Origin: Candidatus Peregrinibacteria bacterium
GTDB lineage: Bacteria > Patescibacteriota > Gracilibacteria > UBA1369 > LOWO2-01-FULL-3
Assembly: GCA_026395515.1 (NCBI GenBank)
Contig: JAPLYN010000005.1
Coordinates: forward strand, 111,521 to 175,520
Direction: 5' to 3'
Length of the DNA: 64,000 bases
Below the pieces are notes generated by a model. It did not search any database and had not been told where the DNA came from. It was given only the letters and a program-made list of their open reading frames with translations. Shown piece by piece: positions 28,339-35,487 of this stretch; position 1 is the first letter of the stretch, and each line of letters starts with the position of its first letter. The translations under genes were made by a program, and so were the position numbers.

Positions 28339-28350
28339 GATTCTAGAATC
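28339..28350. promoter_or_regulatory. Perfect 12-bp palindrome (operator-like) just upstream of the RBS of the GC-rich gene
   Basis: GATTCTAGAATC is its own reverse complement. It ends 14 nt before the ATG at 28365, next to AAGGA. Confidence 0.4.
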
Positions 28351-28364
28351 AAAGGACACAGATC

Positions 28365-29072
28365 ATGCGTACCAAGCTTCTCACCACCCTCGTCGCCGCG
28401 GCCGTTCTGGCCTGCGGCATCTTCCTCCACGTCGAGATCCGCGCCAACAGCGCCCTCGCCAAGGAAACCCCCTCCACCAACCCGCAGCCCGCGCAGGTCA
28501 AGGTCGCGGCCCCGCAGCAGGACAACGTCGTCTTGACCGGTGCCCCCGCCGAACCCTCTCCGCCCGCCGCCGCCCCGCAGCCCTCCGACCCGACCCCCGA
28601 GCCGAAGAAGTGCGAAGACAACGACGGCTGCTCTGGGTCCGATCTGTGCGATCGCGGCGTGTGCATCACCGACCCCTGCACCAACGTCGTCTTCTCCAGC
28701 GACGACAGCTATGGGTGCAAAATGGCCCAGATGCTCCACTACCACGGAGTTCAGGACGGCGACGCCCTCAACTACCTGATCAAGCTGGGTCACGGCAAGC
28801 ACGCGGACAAGAAGCTCGAGCGCTTCAGCAAGGAGCTGGAAGCCCGCGCCCGCCGCGTATACTGGCAGACCAAGGGCTACGACATCGACGCCGCAAGCGT
28901 CGCTGCTTTGAAGCCCTCGGAATTGCGGGAAAAGATGGAAGACACAGCAACCATCGGCGATCTTATGCACTTGACGGTCCGCATGGACCAGAAAGTGTAT
29001 GCGGCCACCCACAAGAAGGCCGACCAGAGCACCGACGTTGAGCCCGTCAAGGAGGAGACCACCAAGAAGTAG
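28365..29072 (+). CDS. Secreted protein of foreign (high-GC) composition: signal peptide, Pro-rich linker, 6-Cys module, helical C-terminal domain
   Basis: Strong GC3 periodicity in this frame only. SD AAGGA lies 8 nt before the ATG. Signal peptide MRTKLLTTLVAAAVLACGIFL...ANSALA. Cys cluster CEDNDGCSGSDLCDRGVCITDPC...YGC. Confidence 0.8.
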   Translation: MRTKLLTTLVAAAVLACGIFLHVEIRANSALAKETPSTNPQPAQVKVAAPQQDNVVLTGAPAEPSPPAAAPQPSDPTPEPKKCEDNDGCSGSDLCDRGVCITDPCTNVVFSSDDSYGCKMAQMLHYHGVQDGDALNYLIKLGHGKHADKKLERFSKELEARARRVYWQTKGYDIDAASVAALKPSELREKMEDTATIGDLMHLTVRMDQKVYAATHKKADQSTDVEPVKEETTKK

Positions 29073-29196
29073 CGCTGGCTAGAGGCGTACACAGCTTCGC
29101 CAGCTGACCCCGCCAGAGGTTTTCCGGTAAACCAAAAGCCGCCCGGGTAAAAGAGGCGACAACAAAATCATTCAGGAGGAAGCTCGAGAGGAAACA

Positions 29197-29226
29197 CCCC
29201 GTTGCATCATGCGGCGGGGTTGTTTT
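29197..29226 (+). terminator. Intrinsic terminator of the first GC-rich gene
   Basis: CCCCGTTGC / GCGGCGGGG forms a 9-bp stem (two G-U pairs) with loop ATCAT, followed by TTGTTTT. Confidence 0.65.
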
Positions 29227-29231
29227 CCATA

Positions 29232-30689
29232 TTATCTTTTATCTAAAGCGTCCAATTCTCCCTTGTAGCCATCTAAACGTTTTTTCCAATATATTTTATC
29301 CGAATCACCCTTCTCCTTACGATCTTTTATCAAATTTTCATCTTCACCAGTAATATCAAACAAAAACTTCGCTGAACTCACCAGCTGCTTCAAAACATCA
29401 ACACGATTTTCACCAGCCTTAATTGGTTCTAGCATTTCCACAATTTCTTCATGACAAAACCTCATTGTATTAAGACGATCAAACGTGTCAGGATTATTTT
29501 TATCAGCATAATTACTAATTCTCAATCTTAACAGAGTAAATAATTTTACATATTTATAAGATTCAGGATTACTAAAATCATTATAAAATTCACTATATAA
29601 ACCCATTGCATCATGAGAAGTATTTCTCAAATTTTCAATTTCACCACCAGTACCAAATAATTTATTCATTCGTGTTTCATACTGAGAATCATTTTCTCCA
29701 TTAGCTTTAGTCAACCAATCCTTCCTTTCCAAAAACTCTATACCTCTTTCTTTATTATTCAAAAAATTATCAAAGACTTCTATTCCTTTCACAAAATCCT
29801 CATGATCAACATCAGCAATTTCATATTTAGCGAAAAATTCAGGAGTGCCAATCACTGGAATTTTATCAGCTTCTAGAGGTTTTGCAGGTGGCACGTCATT
29901 TTTTTTACCAGCATCACCAGGATTAGGATCAACTTGAGGCTTCTCGTCTGGAACAGCAACATTACCTGGACCGGGAGCAGGTTTATTTTTAGCAATCACT
30001 GCATAAGCAAATCTATCCTTCTCACCTTCTTTTTCACCCTTTCCTTTACCAGCCACTAATTTAATTTTTTTAACAGGAATATCCTTCAGCTGAAAAGTAT
30101 CCACATTTGCCAAATCCAAAGGAGAGTAAAGATTTTTAATCCTATCAAAAGCCAAGACAAAGTTAAAAAAACCATTAGGTCCATAAATCATCTGTTCACC
30201 ACCTTTATTTCTCACAATATTCCATATTTCTTTTTTTACATTTTTAGAGAAATCCTTCGGATCCATTCCATCCAATTTTTTAAAAGTTTCAAAAGCAGGA
30301 GATAGGGAATTGTACCATTCCAAAGTAGGCTCATCAAAAAGAGGCTTAAGCTTATCAATCTGAGAAGAACTTTCAGCAAATGGCTTATACCATTTAGTCT
30401 CATGCCACTTCGTTTCAAAACCAGTTGCATCGACCGAACCAACTAAGACATTAGGCTCAGCCGCATTGACCTCAGTAGACAACTTCTTATCCACCTTAGA
30501 ATCTCCTAAATCAAAAAATGCTGGTTTTATTTCAGCTTGAGAATCCAACTCTTCTTTCAGTTTAGTTCTATCATTAGAACCTTTAATCCCCATCAATTCC
30601 TTTGCCCAACCCAAACTTTCATCAGTCAAAATATTCTGACGTCTAGCCTCAGGTTTTTTCTCTAAATTTTGTGGTATTTCTCCTGCCAT
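29232..30689 (-). CDS. Orphan 485-aa protein, ultra-AT-rich, no signal peptide, central Pro/Lys-rich linker
   Basis: ATG start and a native-type TGGTATAAT promoter. Hand count gives 13/60 G+C in 29521-29580. No motif recognised. Confidence 0.7.
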   Translation of the reverse strand: MAGEIPQNLEKKPEARRQNILTDESLGWAKELMGIKGSNDRTKLKEELDSQAEIKPAFFDLGDSKVDKKLSTEVNAAEPNVLVGSVDATGFETKWHETKWYKPFAESSSQIDKLKPLFDEPTLEWYNSLSPAFETFKKLDGMDPKDFSKNVKKEIWNIVRNKGGEQMIYGPNGFFNFVLAFDRIKNLYSPLDLANVDTFQLKDIPVKKIKLVAGKGKGEKEGEKDRFAYAVIAKNKPAPGPGNVAVPDEKPQVDPNPGDAGKKNDVPPAKPLEADKIPVIGTPEFFAKYEIADVDHEDFVKGIEVFDNFLNNKERGIEFLERKDWLTKANGENDSQYETRMNKLFGTGGEIENLRNTSHDAMGLYSEFYNDFSNPESYKYVKLFTLLRLRISNYADKNNPDTFDRLNTMRFCHEEIVEMLEPIKAGENRVDVLKQLVSSAKFLFDITGEDENLIKDRKEKGDSDKIYWKKRLDGYKGELDALDKR

Positions 30690-30712
30690 ATTTTTGTTTT
30701 AAATATCATAAC

Positions 30713-30721
30713 ATTATACCA
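30713..30721 (-). promoter_or_regulatory. Extended -10 promoter element TGGTATAAT for the orphan gene
   Basis: The minus strand reads TGGTATAATGTT, 23 nt upstream of the ATG at 30689. Confidence 0.55.
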
Positions 30722-30754
30722 AAAAAACAGCTTTAAATAAAGCCAAACGAGCAC

Positions 30755-30797
30755 GTCAAAGCCGCGGAATCCTTTGTGGGGAAACCGCGGCATTGAC
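30755..30797 (-). terminator. Strong hairpin downstream of the GC-rich lipoprotein gene (terminator or island-boundary structure)
   Basis: 13-bp arms GTCAAAGCCGCGG (30755-30767) and CCGCGGCATTGAC (30785-30797) with one mismatch. There is no immediately adjacent T-tract on the minus strand. Confidence 0.45.
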
Positions 30798-30815
30798 TCG
30801 CATCACTGCGAAACG

Positions 30816-31379
30816 TCACTGAGGACAGGCGATCGGCACGAACTCTCCGACTCGAACACGGTAGCACTTGCCAGCCGCATTCGAGTCGGAAAGAGACGCC
30901 TTCTCCAGCCCATCTACCATGAGCGAAAACTTGGCAGAACCGAAGACGACACGCCAGCCGTCAGGGTACACAGACCCAGACAACTTGGCGAAACCGCCTT
31001 CACCGAAGACCGTGACCTTGCCGTCCACGAACGATTCCTGCGCCTTGTGGGGCACCGAACGCTCGCAACGGGTTGGATCGATCTTGCACATCTTGTCACG
31101 GTAGCTGGCAGCTTCAGCCTCGCGCACAATGGCCGCGTTGCCGAGATCCGCAGCGTACTGTTGGGCAGCCTTGAGACGCGCCTGAGCCGCCTGATCAGCC
31201 TTCTGTTGAGCAGCCAAAGCCGCTTCCTTCTCCCGACGCTCGTTGGCCTGGCTTTCGCCGTAGTTGGCCTCCGAGAGTTGGAGCTGGTCGAGGACGTTGG
31301 GCTGAACACGTTGGGCCGCACCACAGGCCGAGAGGTATAGAGCAACCAAGAGAACCAGAAACGAACGCGTGGCGTTCAT
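30816..31379 (-). CDS. Lipoprotein of foreign (high-GC) composition
   Basis: SD GGAGG lies 5 nt before the ATG. Signal peptide with lipobox LSAC (MNATRSFLVLLVALYLSACG). GC3-rich frame with an Ala/Gln-rich helical segment. Confidence 0.8.
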   Translation of the reverse strand: MNATRSFLVLLVALYLSACGAAQRVQPNVLDQLQLSEANYGESQANERREKEAALAAQQKADQAAQARLKAAQQYAADLGNAAIVREAEAASYRDKMCKIDPTRCERSVPHKAQESFVDGKVTVFGEGGFAKLSGSVYPDGWRVVFGSAKFSLMVDGLEKASLSDSNAAGKCYRVRVGEFVPIACPQ

Positions 31380-31491
31380 GGTAACCTCCGAGAAAAGAAG
31401 TAGTGTAGCAGTTATAAAACAAGGATCTTTAAAGTTTTCATCAGCTTGCGCATTGCTGGCGAATTACTTGGGAGCCGGCATCCATCATTCC

Positions 31492-31539
31492 GGCAGTCCT
31501 ATTTCATCAATTATAAATAATTAACACAACAGGACCGCC
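31492..31539 (-). repeat. RNA hairpin in the leader of the lipoprotein gene
   Basis: The minus strand has GGCGGTCCT ... AGGACTGCC, a 9-bp stem with a 30-nt AT-rich loop. Its single G-U pair exists only on the minus (transcribed) strand. A second hairpin, GCCGG/CCGGC, follows at 31474-31494. Confidence 0.5.
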
Positions 31540-31731
31540 AGAGTTCAAAATAAGCACAAAAATTAAAGTGACATTTACAGTTTAGCAAGCCAATATTTCT
31601 TCCCTTTAAGAGTTGTTTCATCCACCTAAACGGAAAAACAAGCTACATACGAAGAGAAGAAAGTTGGCTTCTAAAATGCTAGATTTCAATGATCAAATCA
31701 CAAGGAAATAAACACCCAATGATAGCCAAGA

Positions 31732-31760
31732 AATATAACACCAAGGTAACACCTTGTCAA
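31732..31760 (-). promoter_or_regulatory. Consensus sigma70-type promoter P2 facing into the GC-rich island
   Basis: The minus strand has TTGACA (31760-31755), a 17-nt spacer ending in TGT, then TATATT (31737-31732). The hexamers and TGT are the same as in P1. Confidence 0.55.
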
Positions 31761-31780
31761 CAGCGCCAATCTATAAACTG

Positions 31781-31857
31781 TGGTGTCAAGGGGGAGATTT
31801 GAACTCCCGACCTCCGGGTTATGAATCCGACGCTCTAACCAACTGAGCTACCCTGAC
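31781..31857 (-). tRNA. tRNA with CAT anticodon, elongator type (Met, or Ile2 if lysidine-modified)
   Basis: 77 nt. G1-C72 is paired, the anticodon loop is TTCATAA, the T-arm is GGGAG-TTCAAAT-CTCCC, and CCA is encoded. Confidence 0.85.
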
Positions 31858-31881
31858 ATATAAAAAGAAAAAACCTAAATT

Positions 31882-31956
31882 TGGTTGCGGGGGATGGATT
31901 CGAACCACCGACCTCCGGGTTATGAGCCCGACGAGCTGCCTCTGCTCTACCCCGCG
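31882..31956 (-). tRNA. Initiator tRNA-fMet (CAT)
   Basis: CGCGGGG...CCCCGCAACCA with a C1:A72 mismatch. Three G-C pairs close the anticodon stem (TCGGG-CTCATAA-CCCGG). Confidence 0.9.
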
Positions 31957-32019
31957 ACGTAAGCTCAGGAAAAATACTGTAAAAGATGACGAAAGTCAAA
32001 CAAAGCCCTTTCAATAAAC

Positions 32020-32424
32020 CTATCTTCCAAAAAAGAAATCCCACCACTGTTCAGGATTAGTCATTTTACTCCTTCGTGAAAGAGTAGTAACAGCAGCATC
32101 ATCACTATTGGGATCTTGCTGTGGGTTAGTAACATTTTCAGACAAAATTATCACTTCTTCACCTCTATTTACTAAACCTAAATTCTGTTTAGCAATTTTA
32201 TCTATATATTCTTCAGAGATGAAATAAAGATAATCAGCATTTTTCTTTTTATTTTCATCCTCAATAACAGAATTTTCTTTTTGAAAAGACTCAATTACTA
32301 AATCAACTTGATAACTATTGTAGATATTTTTAGTGAGCGAATACAGCAAATAACTCACAAGCGCAAACTCGACTATGATGATTAATTTAGTGAAATTTGA
32401 GGTATAGGAAAATCGGGATGACAT
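32020..32424 (-). CDS. FtsB/DivIC-like septum formation initiator
   Basis: A single TM helix, a coiled coil, and the sequence EEYIDKIAKQNLGLVNRGEEVII, which is typical of the family. Confidence 0.6.
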   Translation of the reverse strand: MSSRFSYTSNFTKLIIIVEFALVSYLLYSLTKNIYNSYQVDLVIESFQKENSVIEDENKKKNADYLYFISEEYIDKIAKQNLGLVNRGEEVIILSENVTNPQQDPNSDDAAVTTLSRRSKMTNPEQWWDFFFGR

Positions 32425-32482
32425 AAAAATCTTTTAAACGTCGGAACTTTAGCATAGAATCTAAACTACCAAAAGCAAAACT

Positions 32483-33769
32483 ATGTCACTTTTAGATAAA
32501 AAATATTTTCATTTCATTGGCATCGGCGGAATTGGAGTTTCCAGTCTCGCACAGATTTTACATGCCAAAGGGAAAACCGTATCTGGATCAGATAACTACT
32601 CCTCAGAATTAACCAAAAGTCTCAAGAAAAATGGGATAAAAGTTTTTGAAGGACATGATGAAAAAAATGTTAATAAAAAAATTGAGCTGGTAGTTTATTC
32701 ACCAGCGGTACCAATGAGTAACCCTGAGATAAAGAAGGCGAAAGAATTAAACATAAAATGTCTATCTTACCCAGAAGCATTAGGAGAATTAAGTAAAGAA
32801 TATTTCACAATTGCCATCGCCGGTACTCACGGGAAATCCACCACAACTGCAATGACCTCTCTTATTCTCGCAGAAGGGAAATTAGATCCCACGGTAGTTA
32901 TCGGAACAAAACTTCGCGAATTCAAAAATAAGAATTTTAGAGTAGGGAAGAGCAAATATTTAGTAATAGAAGCTTGTGAATATCGCCGCTCTTTTCTCCA
33001 TTTCAAGCCAAACATACTAGTAATAACAAATATCGAAGCCGAACATTTAGACTACTATAAAGACCTCAAAGATTACCAAGAAGCCTTCCACGACATTGCA
33101 AAAAAAGTATCTAAAGATGGTTATATAGTAGCGAATAGTAAGGAAAAAAATCTAGAACCAATCTTAGATAATTGCTCAGCTCAAATAATTAAATGGAAAG
33201 AAAAAGTAAAAGCTAAACCGGGAATTCCTGGCGAATTCAATTTAGTAAATGCCACAAATGCTGCAATGGTTGGAGAACTACTTGGTATCTCAGAAAAAAA
33301 TATTAATTCTGCCATAAAAAAATATAAAGGTAGCTGGCGTCGCATGGATTACAAAAAGAAAAAACTAGGCAAAACTCAATTCATCGACGACTACGGACAT
33401 CATCCTACGGAAGTAAGAGTAACCCTTGCAGCCATCAGAGAAAAGCATCCAGAAGCCAAAATTCTTTGCGTATTTCAACCTCATCAGCACAGCCGTACAA
33501 AAATGCTTTTGAAAGAATTTGGTCACGCATTCAATTCAGTAGACCAGGTAATTATTCCAAATATTTATCAAGTTCGTGATAGCGAAGAAGTTGTGAAATC
33601 AATTTGCGTCGATGATTTAGTGAATGAAATAAAAATTCAGCAGCCTCAAGTAAAAAACGGAGAAAGTCTGGAGAAAACTGCTATATATATTAAAGAAAAT
33701 CATAAAAAATACGACATCGTAGTAACGATGGGAGCAGGGGATATTAGCAAGATTTACAAACTCCTTTAA
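32483..33769 (+). CDS. murC: UDP-N-acetylmuramate--L-alanine ligase
   Basis: HFIGIGGIGVSSLAQIL, GTHGKSTTTAM, and the Mur ligase middle and C-terminal domains. Confidence 0.9.
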   Translation: MSLLDKKYFHFIGIGGIGVSSLAQILHAKGKTVSGSDNYSSELTKSLKKNGIKVFEGHDEKNVNKKIELVVYSPAVPMSNPEIKKAKELNIKCLSYPEALGELSKEYFTIAIAGTHGKSTTTAMTSLILAEGKLDPTVVIGTKLREFKNKNFRVGKSKYLVIEACEYRRSFLHFKPNILVITNIEAEHLDYYKDLKDYQEAFHDIAKKVSKDGYIVANSKEKNLEPILDNCSAQIIKWKEKVKAKPGIPGEFNLVNATNAAMVGELLGISEKNINSAIKKYKGSWRRMDYKKKKLGKTQFIDDYGHHPTEVRVTLAAIREKHPEAKILCVFQPHQHSRTKMLLKEFGHAFNSVDQVIIPNIYQVRDSEEVVKSICVDDLVNEIKIQQPQVKNGESLEKTAIYIKENHKKYDIVVTMGAGDISKIYKLL

Positions 33770-35160
33770 ACCTTTTTCCAAATAGTACCTTGTGGCTTAT
33801 CCTCAAGCACAATTCCCTTTTCTAATAGCTGATCTCTAATAAAATCTGACGTTTTAAAATCCCTATTTTTACGAGCAAAATTACGTTTTTCAATTAATTT
33901 TTCTACGTCAGAATCGATAGAAGTTTCCTCCACAAAAATCACTCCCAAAACTTTATCAACCAATTGCAAGAAATTAAGGACGGCACTCAATTCAATTTTA
34001 TTCAAAGTTGAATTATTCATCATCACATTAACTTCCTTCACAAATTCATACACCGCACCCAAAGCCCCGGAAGTATCAAAATCATCATCCATTACACCTT
34101 CAAATCTAGAACGAGCCACATTGATAGCAGCAGTTAAATTAACAGAAACAACTCCATCTTCAGCTGCATCCAAGAGCGCATTCAAATTTCTCACAAAATC
34201 ATGCAACCTAGAAAGTCCTGCCTTCGCCTGATCCAGCAACACATTAGAAAAATTCACAGGGTTTCGGTAATGCGTTTGAAGGAACATAAATCTCACCACT
34301 TTTGGATCATATTTTTCGAAAATTTCTTTCAAAGTGAAAAAATTCCCCAAACTCTTACTCATTTTTTCATTATCCACATTGATAAATCCATTGTGCATCC
34401 AATATTTAGAAAAAGATCCATGTCCAAAAACAGGTTCAGACTGAGCAATTTCACACTCGTGATGGGGGAATGTTAAATCCAATCCACCACCGTGAATATC
34501 AAACTTCTCACCTAAATGCTTCCAAGTCATCGCACTACATTCAATATGCCAACCAGGACGACCTTCACCCCAAGGACTAGACCATGAAGGTTCACCTTCT
34601 TTTTTGAATTTCCATAAAACGAAGTCATAAGGACTCTTTTTTCCATCCTTCACTTCCACACGAGAACCAACTCTCAAATCCTCTAACTTTTGCTTTGAAA
34701 GCTTTCCATATTCTTTAAATTTAGCCACTTCATAGTAAACTCCATCATCAAGTACATAGGTGAAACCCTGTTTCTCCAAGCCCTTAATCAACTCAATCAT
34801 CTCTGGCACATGTTCCGTCGCCAAAGGCTGCACATCAGGCACCATTACACCCAAAGCCCCATAATCCTTAGCGTAAATTGGAATAACTTTATCACTCAAC
34901 TCTTTCACGGAAATATCTTCCTGCTTAGCCCTAGTAATCATCTTGTCATCAATATCAGTGTAATTTGAAACATACTTTACTTCGTATCCTCTATAAATAA
35001 AATATCTTCGAATAACATCAAAGGACACAGCACTTCTTCCATGGCCCAAATGAGCGCTGTCATACACAGTAGGTCCACATACGTAGATACCAACTTTTCC
35101 TTCTTCTAAAGGTACGAAATCCACCTTCTTTGCCGTCAATGTGTCATATATCTTTATCAT
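33766..35160 (-). CDS. cysS: Cysteinyl-tRNA synthetase
   Basis: CGPTVYDSAHLGHGRS (HIGH) and KMSKSLGN (KMSKS). Confidence 0.95.
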   Translation of the reverse strand: MIKIYDTLTAKKVDFVPLEEGKVGIYVCGPTVYDSAHLGHGRSAVSFDVIRRYFIYRGYEVKYVSNYTDIDDKMITRAKQEDISVKELSDKVIPIYAKDYGALGVMVPDVQPLATEHVPEMIELIKGLEKQGFTYVLDDGVYYEVAKFKEYGKLSKQKLEDLRVGSRVEVKDGKKSPYDFVLWKFKKEGEPSWSSPWGEGRPGWHIECSAMTWKHLGEKFDIHGGGLDLTFPHHECEIAQSEPVFGHGSFSKYWMHNGFINVDNEKMSKSLGNFFTLKEIFEKYDPKVVRFMFLQTHYRNPVNFSNVLLDQAKAGLSRLHDFVRNLNALLDAAEDGVVSVNLTAAINVARSRFEGVMDDDFDTSGALGAVYEFVKEVNVMMNNSTLNKIELSAVLNFLQLVDKVLGVIFVEETSIDSDVEKLIEKRNFARKNRDFKTSDFIRDQLLEKGIVLEDKPQGTIWKKV

Positions 35161-35444
35161 GCTAATTTAGCTAACAGAATAATAATTAATCTACCACCAA
35201 AATCTACCATAATCATGGCAATAAAAGCAGAAAAATCCATCATCCCAAATTGATGAGGTAATAATTTTGCCATTTTAATAACAGGATCAGTTACATCAAA
35301 CAAAAACTGTAGAAACCATCCTTTTTGAGAATATGGAGTTACAAAAAACGAAGACAAGGACCTAAACAAAATAGCCAACAATAACAAATTTCTCAAAACT
35401 TCGAGAGTTGTAATTAAATAACTGATTATTAGAAATTTGGTCAT
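35157..35444 (-). CDS. YggT-family small membrane protein
   Basis: Two-TM protein with DPVIKMAKLLP...MDFSAFIA. The listed start at 35474 is TTG, so the ATG at 35444 is used. Confidence 0.55.
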   Translation of the reverse strand: MTKFLIISYLITTLEVLRNLLLLAILFRSLSSFFVTPYSQKGWFLQFLFDVTDPVIKMAKLLPHQFGMMDFSAFIAMIMVDFGGRLIIILLAKLA

Positions 35445-35487
35445 CGAAAAAGATAATAGCAAATAGATCACCAAGGATCAAATCTGC

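Larger units (their letters stand above)
28250..29228. other. Compositionally foreign high-GC segment A
   Basis: Hand count gives 41/60 G+C in 28381-28440 versus 22/60 in 27001-27060. Third codon positions of 28365..29072 are almost all G/C. Confidence 0.85.
30745..31420. other. Compositionally foreign high-GC segment B
   Basis: Hand count gives 40/60 G+C in 31141-31200. There is GC3 bias in frame 30816..31379(-). Confidence 0.85.

Noticed and set aside
28264-29092. Six overlapping ORFs in other frames and on the other strand of GC-rich segment A (28264..28536, 28322..29041, 28329..29012, 28349..28684, 28540..28779, 28877..29092).
   Set aside because: Stop-poor shadow frames are expected in about 67% GC DNA. 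Their translations are Arg/Pro/Gly-rich low-complexity sequence. Only frame 28365..29072 has GC3 periodicity, an SD site and a signal peptide.
28049-29188. A cluster of common cloning sites (GTCGAC, GGATCC, CCGCGG, CATATG, TCTAGA, AAGCTT and two CTCGAG) that could hint at vector or synthetic DNA.
   Set aside because: Many hexamers are possible and GC-rich DNA favours several of them. There are no vector features such as an origin, a marker or a polylinker order. I cannot distinguish this from chance without statistics.
30774-31422. Overlapping ORFs 30774..31340(+), 30868..31104(+), 30914..31345(-) and 31195..31422(-) in GC-rich segment B.
   Set aside because: The same shadow-ORF effect applies. 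Only 30816..31379(-) has an SD site, a lipobox signal peptide and a third-position G/C bias.
31511-31621. A 36-codon minus-strand ORF in the lipoprotein leader encoding a Cys-rich peptide (MKQLLKGRNIGLLNCKCHFNFCAYFELWRSCCVNYL).
   Set aside because: The AGGTGG sequence directly abuts the ATG, so the spacing is implausible. An ORF of this length can arise by chance in 350 nt. There is no supporting context such as modification enzymes.
31835-32047. 70-aa ORF on the minus strand.
   Set aside because: It is read straight through the two tRNA genes, so it is an artefact.
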